A stretch of DNA of 63,935 nt, the filler included, from Octopus bimaculoides (Eukaryota), in NCBI RefSeq assembly GCF_001194135.2. It is 4 parts of 3 records of this genome, joined end to end, with 100 filler letters (N's around TTAATTAATTAA, not from the genome) between each part and the next. Parts side by side here need not be neighbours in the genome. Positions count along the whole stretch, not along the records: positions 1 to 25,760 come from NC_069002.1; 3 more parts are not named here. One strand, written 5' to 3'. The position numbers and the translations under genes are program-made. The notes beneath the pieces were generated by a model. The model saw nothing but the letters and a program-made list of their open reading frames with translations, was not told the DNA's origin and did not search any database. How positions within the stretch are numbered: the first letter of the stretch is position 1; every line of letters starts with the position of its first letter. Below, piece by piece: positions 1 through 12,030 of this stretch.

Positions 1-82
1 CGTGAGTCTATGTTGAACTGCTTATTGAATTGTTGCCGTTGTTGATTCGTTAATTGTTGTTTTGTTTCCCCATTGTGGGAAA

Positions 83-1221
83 ATGGAGAAGGCGCCGGAG
101 GCAGGCCCAAGTTATGCGGCCGCAACGGGCAAAGGAGTAGACACGCGAGAGTTTGAGGTCCACGAGATAAAAGTGGAGCCTAGAAAGATGTAGGAGAGTG
201 AGAAATTAATCACAAAGGAAGGAAACATTTTGAAGCTGACACCGCCTGAAGAGCTATAGGCCAACGTGACAAAAAGAACGGTTATATTTAAAACCATGAA
301 GGCAGCCACGAGTAAGATAAAAATAGCACCAACAGAGACCATAGAGGAATGTGTTAGGAATACGAAAAGCTTCACAGCATGCATTACGAGAGGGAGAAGA
401 TACGCCACTGTGGAGGTACGCTTCACAACGGAGGAGGAAGCAATAAAGCACTCCACAGAGGCAATAATGACATCGAATTAATGATTCAGGCAACAACAGA
501 AGACTTGAACAGTGTGGTGGATGAGATTGTGCCGCCAGAAGATGTGAGACTGAGAGTTACTGTGGAGGGTAGGCCGCCAGTGTGTTTCACATGTGGAGAA
601 AGAGGCCACATGAAGGCATGGTGCACCCAAAGAAAGCCACAAACAGAACAGGAGGAGAGACATGAGAGGGTGGACCATGTAGTACAGGACAAGGCAACAG
701 AAAAAGAAACAGAAAAAGAAGCGGAGAAGGGATTCACTATGGTTAAAAAGAAAAGAAGGAGGAGCGGAGGAATGAGTTCTCTGCCAAAGCAGAAAAGGAA
801 GAGAGAAGAGGTGAGAAAAGAAACTGTGAAGGAGGGCAGTAGGAAGGAAAAAGAAAGTAAAAAGTGGAGTTACCAGTGGAGAAAGTGTCGGAAACCCAAT
901 TGTATGAAGATGAGATGGAGAGACCATTTATGGAGGAAGAAAAGAGAGAACCAAAGGTCCAAGAGAAAGGACGGAGTATGGTATTATGTGACGTACCCAG
1001 AAAATGTTGAAACAGAGAAAAAGATAATTAAGTTTCATTCAATAGTAAGAGTAAAGGTGCCTTCATACGTCTACGCAGAAGAAATGACGGCAATATTGAT
1101 TGAAGAGGAAAACTACAGAAAACTGAAAGAGATGTGTGGAGACAACGTTGAGCCGCCAGGAGTGAAGGTGGAATTTAAAGAGTTGCGACCAGTGATAAAG
1201 TTGTCTTTAAAAACCAAATGA
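83..1221 (+). mobile_element. Decayed gag-like ORF1 of a non-LTR retrotransposon (L1/Tx1-like): RRM-like segment plus CCHC zinc knuckle
   Basis: ATG at 83 gives MEKAPEAGPSYAAA; in-frame TAG at 191 and 257; RRM-like RYATVEVRFTTEEEAIKH; frame change near 481; zinc knuckle CFTCGERGHMKAWC (CX2CX4HX4C); Lys/Glu-rich tail; stop at 1219-1221. No ORF2 follows. Confidence 0.8.
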
Positions 1222-1571
1222 CAAAAAAGTAAAATCAATAATGGCAATATCTCGGCATCGTTATACCCTTTTGGTCTGGAACACGTAAACGATAAAAACG
1301 TGACACCCACAGATATTTGCTAACTAAGTTTATTCCACTGTAATTTGACTATCAATTGATATATCTTTTAATGCATAAATTTATAAATTTTCATGACATT
1401 GTTTCGCTATGTTAAACTTTTCGATCGTGCCTGCGATTTGAACACACTAATAATAGAGACCAATAATTTGAACACAAAATAATAGAGATCTCTCCTTCCT
1501 CTTCTCTCTCTCTTAGTTTCCCCATCTCTCCCTTCCCTTTCCATTCGGGTAATTACCTCTATTGACATAAA

Positions 1572-1950
1572 GGTGGTGGCACTCCGTCGGTTACAACGAA
1601 GAGGGTTCCAGTTGATCCTATCAACGGAACAGCCTGCTCGGGATATTAACGTGCAAATGGCTGAGCACTCCACAGACACGTGTACCCTTAATGTAGTTCT
1701 CGGGGAGATTCAGCGTGACACAGTGTGACAAGGCTGACCCTTTGAATTACAGGCACAACAGAAACAGGAAGAAAGAGAGAGAAAGTTGTGGTGAAAGAGT
1801 ACAGCAAGGTTCGCCACCATCCCCTGCCGGAGCTTCGTGGAGCTTTAGGTGTTTTCGCTCAATAAACACTCACAACGCCCGGTTTGGGAATCGAAACCGC
1901 GATCCTACGACTGCGAGTCCGCTGCCCTAACCACTGGGCCATTGCGCCTC
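1572..1950 (-). mobile_element. tRNA-derived SINE, family A (full length)
   Basis: Reverse complement of the copy at 24469-24853; head GAGGCGCAATGGCCCAGTGGTTAGGG with A-box and B-box GGTTTCGATTCC; tail ...GACGGAGTGCC. Confidence 0.85.
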
Positions 1951-3379
1951 AACGGCATAAAAAGCAACACACGGACAAAACAGACAGTAACGCAGGAACG
2001 CGTAAAATAATATTGTTTATACTAATATATTTTGTTTTATGTCAATAGACTCGGATATAGCTTTGAATCTTTCGCTCACGTTCTTCACTATTTTCCAGTC
2101 TCTTTCCTCTCGTATTTTATTCCTTCTTCAAATTCTCCTTCTTCCGTTCCTCTATCCATCTTTCTCTTTTTTATTTCTCCTCTCATGTCATTTTCCTGAT
2201 ACTCTTTTTCCAGTCTTCAGTAACTATTCTCTTTCTCTCTATCGTGACCTCGACACTTATTTTCTTCATGTTTCGGTCAATTTACTCTTATTCAGCATCT
2301 CTCTATTACCTTCCTCTCATCCTTTTCCCACCCTCTTTCTTGTTCTCAATTATTATATGACCCCTTCACTTTCGTATTCATTTATTTATTTATTTATTTA
2401 TTTATTCATTCAATTATTTACTTATTCATTTAATTATTTACTTATTCATTCTGACACCACTGTCATTAGATTATCGCTTGGTTATTTTCTACATTTCTCT
2501 ACATTTTCTTAACCCATAATTTTCTTTTTAATTTTTTTCTCCTCTTATCAATTCGATGTGCTTTAGGTTCTCTGTTACACCTATTATTATCGCTATTTTA
2601 GCTCTTTCTCTCTCTTTATCTACATCTTTGTTGAACGTGCTGTCGCTGCTAAAAAGGACAGCGGAAACTATGTCTTCTCGTTTCCCACATGCACTTTTAG
2701 AATGATAGTTTTCCTCCAATGTTTTTTTTTTATAGTTCTTAAGATGCTTTCTGGACACTCCATCCAATAATTCGGTATCAAACACGCAATTTTCTATTAA
2801 AAGACAATTTACATTTATAATATATAAAAGCAATAAAACTAAAACGCTGAAAACCAAAAATAAAAAAAAATAATATATATATANNNNNNNNNNNNNNNNN
2901 NNNNNNNNNNNNNNNNNNNNNNNNNNNNNNNNNNNNNNNNNNNNNNNNNNNNNNNNNNNNNNNNNNNNNNNNNNNNNNNNNNNNNNNNNNNNNNNNNNNN
3001 NNNNNNNNNNNNNNNNNNNNNNNNNNNNNNNNNNNNNNNNNNNNNNNNNNNNNNNNNNNNNNNNNNNNNNNNNNNNNNNNNNNNNNNNNNNNNNNNNNNN
3101 NNNNNNNNNNNNNNNNNNNNNNNNNNNNNNNNNNNNNNNNNNNNNNNNNNNNNNNNNNNNNNNNNNNNNNNNNNNNNNNNNNNNNNNNNNNNNNNNNNNN
3201 NNNNNNNNNNNNNNNNNNNNNNNNNNNNNNNNNNNNNNNNNNNNNNNNNNNNNNNNNNNNNNNTATATATATATATATATATATTAAAGTGGTCTGAAAG
3301 CTGACCTTTGCATACATATAACTATGCTGTCGAAAGATGCAAACATTGTCAAGTGAATGTATGTTAAGTATTTATATAT

Positions 3380-3840
3380 GAAATTAGAGTACCGTTACCA
3401 TCCACGTATTTTGATGGCGCAAAACAAATCTTTGGATTTGAACTCCCCACGTCCTGGGAGGGCAAACTGGCCGCTTCTCAGAAGCTGAATAAAACCAAAT
3501 ATCAGGAGTATGCTGATGAGGTTCTTTTCAAAGATGGTATTCCTTACTGAAATTGGCTGCAGCGGTTTGTTTTTAGTAATGTCGGTGCGTTATTTACTGC
3601 GCTATTTCCAGTTTGAAACCCAATCAACCGAAAAGGCCATCAAGGAGATAGTTGTGGCAGCTAAAACCAGCTCAAGGTGACTGTGATAGACAAGGGATTG
3701 CAGGTGAAACCCTTCTGCAGGAGAGAGTTAATTCTTTCCTCGCTGCTGACTCAGGTGAAATGTACAGAAGGGGGCGAAATGTTTATGACTCCGAAATACC
3801 GGCTGATGATTCAGAAGGGTTTCTAACATTCCAATAGCTT
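3380..3840 (+). pseudogene. Unidentified decayed coding-like fragment, probably TE-derived
   Basis: GC-richer island with long stop-poor stretches in shifting frames (YEIRVPLPSTYFDGAKQIFGFELPTSWEGKL...; LWQLKPAQGDCDRQG...). No motif recognised. Confidence 0.2.
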
Positions 3841-4479
3841 TAATCACCACCAGAAGAGATTTCAATATATTTTTTAGTAGCTCCTGTTGTCTCTGCGTGG
3901 GGAAACGCATCTCGGATATTTATTTAATCTGTAAGCCATGATATCTAGAACACGACAATAAAAAAAAAAAAATCATCTGTAACTCTGAATTTTCAAGCTT
4001 AGGTTTAGCATAAATTTCTTTTAAGTAAATGCTAAGTTCTTGTGATATATAACTACATTCTATATTTTTCGATCAGAAAACGGATATTGATATGCCTACA
4101 CTAATCATGAAATATATACCGAAGTGAATTGATAAAAAATGATAAAAGTTATTAACGTCTCAGATAAAAAATTTTTCCAGCGTATTTTTATACATATCAT
4201 ATTTCGTTTAAAATTTTCTTTTTAAATTTCCTAACTTAACCCCCCCCCCCCCACAAAACACTAATTTATGGTTTCATCTTTGTTCTTGATATTCTCATCG
4301 ATCTTCTCCGTTCGTTGCCTGGAATCCAATTTCTTTTTTACGTATTTCTGGTTCAGTTTATGATTTAAGCAATATACACAAATGGAGGAACAAGAAAAAT
4401 TCATATTAGCTTCTAGAACTTCTTTTAAATATTGTATTGACTGTCCTGTTTTGATTCCATGTTTCACATGCAAGCTATA

Positions 4480-4730
4480 AATGTTGTTGCTGTTGTTTAA
4501 TTCGATGTCAGACCAAACTAATCTGATCTGACTAATTCGATGTCAGACCTAACTAATCTGACCGCTGAGCAAAGTCCTTTCAGCTATACCTAATCTGTGC
4601 TGTTCTCGGACGTTGTCCATCATGGGATACACAATGTAATGTATCATTCTCTTTTTTAACTGGATGTAATTCGAAGGATATCTGGCTACTATTTCTAGTA
4701 GGTCTGGTAGTCATGGAAAGACTCCACCGA
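4480..4730. repeat. Dispersed repeat family F (diverged), with internal ~33-bp tandem duplication
   Basis: Motif GGATGTAATT...CTAGTAGGTC recurs at ~6330-6395 and inverted at ~60565-60620; AATTCGATGTCAGACC.AACTAATCTGA occurs twice at ~4499-4562. Confidence 0.4.
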
Positions 4731-4777
4731 GGTTTATATTTTTAATGAGTTTTGATTATGATCAAAGCTTTTCAAGT

Positions 4778-4988
4778 CGGCGAGCTGGCAGAACCGTTAG
4801 CACGCTGGGTAAAATGCTTAGCGGCATTTCGTCCGTTTCTACGTTCCGAGTTCAAATTCTGCCGAGGTCGACTTTGCCTTCCATCCTTTCGGGATCGATA
4901 AAATAAATACCAGTCAAGCACCGGAATTGATGTAATCGACTTCACATCTCCTTCAAGAACTGTTGGCCCTGTACCAAAATTTGAAGCC
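4778..4988 (+). mobile_element. SINE family B (tRNA head plus Nin/Deu-like central domain)
   Basis: GGCGAGCTGGCAGAA...GAGTTCAAATT head followed by GAGGTCGACTTTGCCTTCCATCCTTTCGGGATCGATAAAATAAATACCAG, which resembles the Nin/Deu SINE domain as I recall it; many copies in the window. Confidence 0.8.
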
Positions 4989-5039
4989 ATTATAATCAAA
5001 CCTTCTGGGTGAACCAAATGGTACACTACAAGTCGAACA

Positions 5040-6018
5040 TATGTGACTGTTACAAATATATATTAGCGACAGAGGCAGTGTTCATAGCGAGGGATAGTAT
5101 TTATCTCTATTTAAACGTGGCTGTTCTCTTAGAACAAACTATACTGCGGAAGATACCATGAGAGAAATTCTCATATTGTTCTTTGTTTCTATCGCTGGTG
5201 GGGAGATAATAAATCCCTGTCACCACCGGCACCGAGACCGCCGGATCACGCTATTTCGACCTTCCTCCGTATCGTCAATGATGGATGCTCGACCACTAGA
5301 GACAAACAGTGCCACAACAAGCGCTGGTGTTGCGATTAGCCAGTGAGCAATAGTGACAGAGGCAGTATTAACACCGAGGGGTAATATTTATTCCTCCTTA
5401 AATGCCGATGTTCTGTTAGAACAAACTATACCGGGGAAGATATCATGAGAGAAATGCACTCTTGCTTATATCGCTAGATTTAAATCTCCCCGCTAGTGAT
5501 ATAAACACGAGTGCATCAAAAGCATATATAAGAGCTTCTCTTATGGTATATAGTCTCTCATGGTATATAGTCTCTCATGGTATATAGTCTCTCATGGTAT
5601 ATAGTTTCTCTCATGGTATATAGTCACAGCAGTATAGTCTCTTCTAACTGAACATCCACGTTTAAGTGGGGATAAATATTACCTCTAGGTATTAATACTA
5701 CCTCTGTAGCTAATAAATATTTCCTGACAAGCTCACTGGCTAATTGCAGCACCAGCGTCTGTTGTGGTATCACTAGCGGGGAGATAAATCACTGTTATCT
5801 CTAGCAGTCCAGTATCTATCATTGAAATCACTTGATCTGTTGGTCTTGGTGCTGGCGATGGTGGGAATTTATCTCTCTCTCTCTGCAAGTGATATAAACA
5901 AGTATTCATTTTGCACCAAAAACCAATATGAGAGTTTCCCTCATAATATCTACTGCAGTGAAGTTTGTTCTAACAGAAGATCTACTTTTAAGTCGGTATA
6001 AATATGTAACTGTTTATG
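5040..6018. mobile_element. Foldback/MITE-like imperfect palindrome built from ~290-bp units, with a central 17-bp tandem array
   Basis: Units starting GACAGAGGCAGT at 5068 and ~5356; their reverse complements at ~5600-6000; (TCTCTCATGGTATATAG)x5 at ~5536-5625; inverted ends GTGACTGTTACAAATATAT / ATAAATATGTAACTGT. Confidence 0.65.
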
Positions 6019-6984
6019 AGATTCCCGTGGATACAGTGTACTCTCGGTGATAAAATACGAACTCATGACATCAATGTTTATCATAAACCACTAAACACCA
6101 GGATATGGTTCAATAAGGTTGGTAGGTCTGATTATTTCCATTTGTTGTTCGTTACAGGAGTTTCCTTGGCGCAGTCTGAGTGAAAGATGCTGGTTGGGGA
6201 TTAGCAGAAGAGTGAAGAAGATGCTGGCAGGTTGGGGAAGGCAGTAGAGAGATAATTTTGCGGGCTTAGGGACAAGATGGGAAGAGTTGATCTGGATGCT
6301 AGGAGAAAACGGGCAGTGGCTGGCTATCATTGGATGTAATTGGAGAGAAACTTTACTTTTATCTCTAGTAGGTCGAGCAGCCATCAAAAGGCTCCATCGA
6401 CGATCCCGTTCTCAATAAGTTCTTTATTATTCAAACTTTCTGGATTTTTCAAACAGAACACCGCAAGTCAAAGACTTGTGATTGTTTCAAGAGGTGACTG
6501 TGGGCGCAATGTGCTCTCGGTGGTAAAATACGAACTTACGCCCTTAATGTTTATCTTAAAATTTATCAACTAAGACATCTGAATTTTAAAAAAATCCCTT
6601 AAAAATAGAAAATCTCAATTAATATAAACAACCGTTGGAGTAACCTCGGATGGATTCATCTTGTAGTAAGTTAAGGGCTAGTTAACCTGATGGGAGTATC
6701 CCTCTCATTGGTGTTGTTTCTAACGGCGCCTGAAATTTAGGAGAGAGAGTTTAATCGACACCATTGACTCCAGTATTTGAAAAGGTACTGTAATTTATCG
6801 ACCTCGGAGAAATGAAAAGAAAAATTGACAACGCAGGATTTGAACTCAGAGTTTAAAGATCTGGAATAAACATGAGGTGGCACCAAAAGGTTCCCTGAGT
6901 AGTTCTGTTTAATAAAAAATAACTTATTTGCCTAAGTTTTAACACTATCTCCTTCGATATAATCACATTGCGCAGTAATAAACA

Positions 6985-7925
6985 ATTCTCAGCGTTCCTG
7001 CCACTTTTGGTATCTGGCCTGGAATTCGTTTTCCGTAAGCGAGTCGAGGACCTTATGCGATTCGCCCACAAGGCCAGCAATTTTGGGGTAGGGGTAAATA
7101 GAAAATATCGATCACAGTGCTCAGATGATACTTATTTTATCGACCCCAAAAGGATGACGGGTAAGGTTGACTTCGGTGGGAGTGGAGTTCAGAACAAATA
7201 CTGCAAAGCAATTTCTCCGACGCTATCACGATTCTCCCATCTCCAGGCGATTCTCCCATTTCCAGGCGATTCTCCCATCTCCAGGCGATTCTTCCATCTC
7301 CCTGTGACTGTCTCACCTCTCGGGTATTCTCTCATCTCCCAGCGATTCTCCTATCTCTCAGCGATTGTTCCACCTCTCGGGGATTCTCCCATCTTTAAGC
7401 GATTCCCTCATCTCCCCGCGATTCTCTCATCTCCCGGCGATTCACTCATCTCCTGGCGATTCTCCCATCTCCCAGCGATTCTCCCATCTCCCAGCGATTC
7501 TCCCATCTCCCAGTGATTCTCCCATTTCCCAGCGATTCTCCCATCTCCCGTATTAGCGTTTACTAACGATAGTTTTCGATTTATGCTCGAGGCCAACAAT
7601 TTGAGGGAAGGGGTTATTCGATACCGTCGACTCCAGTCATTCACTTGTACCGTATTTTATCGACTCTAGGAGAAAAATAAAAAAATGATGTTGATCTCCG
7701 TCGGATTTGAACTCTCTCTGTGCATAAAGTGCCTTAGAGAAATACCTCAAAGCAATTTTATGACACTCTAACGATTCTACCAGCTCGCCTCCTTAACATA
7801 TATTGCTTTCAAATCTAGACACAAGGCCAGCAATAGCGGGGAAGAGGATAAGTAGATTATTCGATACCGTCTCGATTGGTACTTGTTTTATCGACCCCGA
7901 AAAGATGGAACGCAAAGTAACATAG
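6985..7925 (-). mobile_element. Cluster of diverged family B SINE fragments
   Basis: Repeated TACTT.TTTTATCGACCCC.AAAGGATGA and GA.TTTGAACTC motifs at ~7130, ~7655 and ~7880. Confidence 0.65.
7218..7550. repeat. 19-bp minisatellite (CAGCGATTCTCCCATCTCC), ~17 copies
   Basis: Direct inspection; overlapping ORFs repeat with a 19-aa (3x19 nt) period. Confidence 0.95.
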
Positions 7926-9084
7926 CAGAACCGTCTTTCTCAGACTACGAGAGACAACCGTTATTTGAAACTGGTTGCGTAACAGCTAATTTGACCGCAA
8001 AAATAAACATACGATTCACATGCACATGTCATGCGCAAACGAGGAAAATATCTTATGAAAATATCTGATTGATAAAAAAGAAAAAAACTAGCTAAATATA
8101 CGAATGCATCCAAACGAGAGCAATTGATAAGCAATGAAGATAAGAAGAAGTAACAGCGTTCGCCAGCCTGCATTTGTCTATTCTATAGCAAAGAAAATGT
8201 AAGAGGAGAAAATATATTTTGATTACACCAACATCAATATACACAAATAATGAGTGCAAAAATAAAGATTTTTCAGAATTGTATCTTATGATTTAAAAAC
8301 GCATCTATGTGGTGGAATTACGTGTTTCTGAAGTAGACAGTAAACATGGAATTTACGGTGAAATTATAGAAATTACTGTTTATTGGCACTAGAATTCACT
8401 TAATTATTCATTTTCGCTCCAAATGCTTTTATACTCTAGATTTATTAAAAATTCTATTGATGTTCATATTTTTTGTTAAGCAAACGTAAGAACTTTCCAG
8501 AAAACGACAGAAAATTGTTAGAAACTACGTACAATTTCAAAATGCTTCTTTTAGTTTTTTTTCTTTTTCCATAAAGTGGCTTGCAGTAATATTCTTGCTA
8601 ATAGTGAAATTTTAAAGTTAAAATTGTATAGATATCGGTTGATTTTGAGCTGTGAAAGTGCAAAATTGTATAGAATCGTAGAAAATAATTTCCAAACGTT
8701 GATTAGAAATAGAATTGTTTGTTTCTAGGATATGTATCCAGGATCACAAGAATACAAGAAAGTACATTACCGGTTTATATTTCTTAAAATCAGTCTTGAA
8801 GAATAGGAAAATAAACTCCTGGAAGAATTGTTTTCAAGGTACGACAGCTAAAACTCTAAATAATACGAAACCGTTTCATTCAACGTTTAGACTTCTGGAA
8901 ATGTTACGACCTAATTGATTTAATCACCTTCAATATATAACTAGTACTTAATTTATCGATCTGGTATATATATATATATATATATATATATNNNNNNNNN
9001 NNNNNNNNNNNNNNNNNNNNNNNNNNNNNNNNNNNNNNNNNNNNNNNNNNNNNNNNNNNNNNNNNNNNNNNNNNNNNNNNNNTG

Positions 9085-9116
<32 letters not shown>

Positions 9117-9433
9117 GAGAGAAAGAGAGAAAGAGGGAGAAGAGAAGAGCCTGTAACAGCTCTCTCGGTCTACACGTATGCACGAACGTCTGTTGTGTGT
9201 TTGTGTGCATGCGATCATGTCTGTATGTGTGTGTCTATGTGTGTGAGTGAGTGTGAGCAAGTGTGTCTGTGTGTATGTGTGGATCAAGACATTTGTTGCT
9301 TGTAATATTTTTCTAAAGGAATATAAATGTCTTTGGAAACGAGGATAAACACTTTGAAAATAAAATCTATGCTGCACAAGAATATCTTTTTTGAAATGTA
9401 TAGTGAATTGTGAAAACACACATTTTATACATT

Positions 9434-9469
<36 letters not shown>

Positions 9470-11016
9470 TACATACATACGAATNNNNNNNNNNNNNNNN
9501 NNNNNNNNNNNNNNNNNNNNNNNNNNNNNNNNNNNNNNNNNNNNNNNNNNNNNNNNNNNNNNNNNNNNNNNNNNNNNNNNNNNNNNNNNNNNNNNNNNNN
9601 NNNNNNNNNNNNNNNNNNNNNNNNNNNNNNNNNNNNNNNNNNNNNNNNNNNNNNNNNNNNNNNNNNNNNNNNNNNNNNNNNNNNNNNNNNNNNNNNNNNN
9701 NNNNNNNNNNNNNNNNNNNNNNNNNNNNNNNNNNNNNNNNNNNNNNNNNNNNNNNNNNNNNNNNNNNNNNNNNNNNNNNNNNNNNNNNNNNNNNNNNNNN
9801 NNNNNNNNNNNNNNNNNNNNNNNNNNNNNNNNNNNNNNNNNNNNNNNNNNNNNNNNNNNNNNNNNNNNNNNNNNNNNNNNNNNNNNNNNNNNNNNNNNNN
9901 NNNNNNNNNNNNNNNNNNNNNNNNNNNNNNNNNNNNNNNNNNNNNNNNNNNNNNNNNNNNNNNNNNNNNNNNNNNNNNNNNNNNNNNNNNNNNNNNNNNN
10001 NNNNNNNNNNNNNNNNNNNNNNNNNNNNNNNNNNNNNNNNNNNNNNNNNNNNNNNNNNNNNNNNNNNNNNNNNNNNNNNNNNNNNNNNNNNNNNNNNNNN
10101 NNNNNNNNNNNNNNNNNNNNNNNNNNNNNNNNNNNNNNNNNNNNNNNNNNNNNNNNNNNNNNNNNNNNNNNNNNNNNNNNNNNNNNNNNNNNNNNNNNNN
10201 NNNNNNNNNNNNNNNNNNNNNNNNNNNNNNNNNNNNNNNNNNNNNNNNNNNNNNNNNNNNNNNNNNNNNNNNNNNNNNNNNNNNNNNNNNNTGAATGTGT
10301 GTGCATACGTCTGTGTATACACGTGCTTGTGTATACATAACTGCGTCTGCGCAGTGTCTCACAGCAATATATTACACGTATTTGCTTCTTCTTGAAATAA
10401 ATCCGCCTTTGAATTCTCTTAAAATCTGTTTCGTATTTTTTTTCCTTCTTTTTTCTTCGTCTCATTTCCATTTTTTTTTTTTATGTTGTTGTTTATATCG
10501 TACATACAACATATTCAAAGACACGATATACATAGATTTTTTTAAAATATTTTTATTCAAATAGAGCGTATAACTGACATCACCACCTCCCCCTCCGCCC
10601 CCTACAGACACACACATACACACGGCGCATGCGCACGCCTAGTGCTATGCATACACACTCACGCGTATAAAAACACCTGCACGAGCACACGCACGTGTAA
10701 TTACGAATGTAATTTTTTGTTTTGTTTCATCTTTTACTTGATTCAGTCGTTGCACTGTGGCCATACTGGGGCATCTACTCGTACGGTTGACTCAAACAAA
10801 TCGAGCCCACTCGTTCTTATTCTTTCAGTCTCTTTGCGTCTCTAGAATGTAAACGAACCACCACCAGGTATCAAACGATGAAGGAGGGGGACATACCTAA
10901 TATATCCTGAATTTAAGGCCATCAAAGATCTTGCGATAATGCATTTTTATATTATTCCTAAGACTTCATTTCATACAATTTGCAGTAGAAGTCTAGTTCT
11001 TTTTATTTTAAGAATA

Positions 11017-11181
11017 GGCGTAGGACTGGCTGTGTAGTAAGTAGCTTGCTTACCAACTACATGGTTACGGGTTCAGTCCCACTGCGTGGCATCTTGGGCA
11101 AGTGTCTTCTACTATAGCCTCGGGCCGACCAAAGCCTTGTGAGTGGATTTGGTAGACGGAAACTGAAAGAAGCCTGTCGTA

Positions 11182-11214
<33 letters not shown>

Positions 11215-11397
11215 NNNNNNNNNNNNNNNNNNNNNNNNNNNNNNNNNNNNNNNNNNNNNNNNNNNNNNNNNNNNNNNNNNNNNNNNNNNNNNNNNNNNNN
11301 NNNNNNNNNNNNNNNNNNNNNNNNNNNNNNNNNNNNNNNNNNNNNNNNNNNNNNNNNNNNNNNNNNNNNNNNNNNNNNNNNNNNNNNNNNNNNNNNN

Positions 11398-11450
<53 letters not shown>

Positions 11451-11650
11451 TTGTGTGTTTGTGTCTGTCCCCACAACATCACTTGACAACAGATGCTGGT
11501 ATGTTTACGTCCCCATAACTTAGCGGTTCGGCAAAAGAGACCGATGGAATAAGTACCAGGCTTACAAAGAATAAGTCCTGGGGTCGATTTGCTCGACTAA
11601 AAGGCGGTGCTCCAGTATGGCCACAGTCAAATAACTGAAACAAGTAAAAA
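11017..11650 (+). mobile_element. SINE family C (tRNA head, CORE-like box, internal (TA)n(TG)n, LINE-type tail)
   Basis: Head GGCGTAGGACTGGCTGTGTAGTAAG...GGGTTCAGTCCC; CTTGGGCAAGT box; gap 11215-11397 inside the internal microsatellite; tail GGTGCTCCAGTATGGCCACAGTC...CTGAAACAAGTAAAA. Confidence 0.9.
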
Positions 11651-11699
11651 ACAAAAAAAGAATATGTTTCCGATAATTAGCAAAGGAAGCTATTTAAAC

Positions 11700-12030
11700 T
11701 GGCTTCAAATTTTGGCTCGAAGCCAGAAATTCCAGGTGAGAGGGTTTAAGTCGATAACATCGACCCCAGTGCTCCACTGGTACTTATTTTATCGCCTTTT
11801 AATTAAATTATTTGTTTCAAATATTGACACACAGCCAGCAGTTACAGGTGGAAGGAGCAAGCCAATTACATTGACCACAGTGCTCAACGGGTACTTATTT
11901 TATCGACCCTGAGAGGATGAAAGGCAAAGTCGACCCCGACAGAATTTGAACTCAGAACGTGAAGACGGATGAAATGTTGCTAAGCATTTTTTCCGGTATG
12001 CTAACGATTCTTCCAGCTCGCTGCCTTACC
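11700..12030 (-). mobile_element. Family B SINE fragments
   Basis: GTACTTATTTTATCGACCCTGAGAGGATGAAAGGCAAAGTCGACC...GAATTTGAACTCAGAACG...CCAGCTCGCTGCC. Confidence 0.8.

Noticed and set aside
6008-6570. ~90-bp direct repeats (~6008-6095 and ~6478-6570) as LTRs
   Set aside because: No TG...CA ends, PBS, PPT or TSD; the interior is a family F fragment plus unassigned sequence.
7218-7550. Possible CRISPR-like array
   Set aside because: Units are contiguous with no unique spacers; eukaryotic context; no cas genes.
6968-7644. 182-aa and neighbouring ORFs with 19-aa periodicity
   Set aside because: A by-product of the 19-bp minisatellite and SINE sequence.
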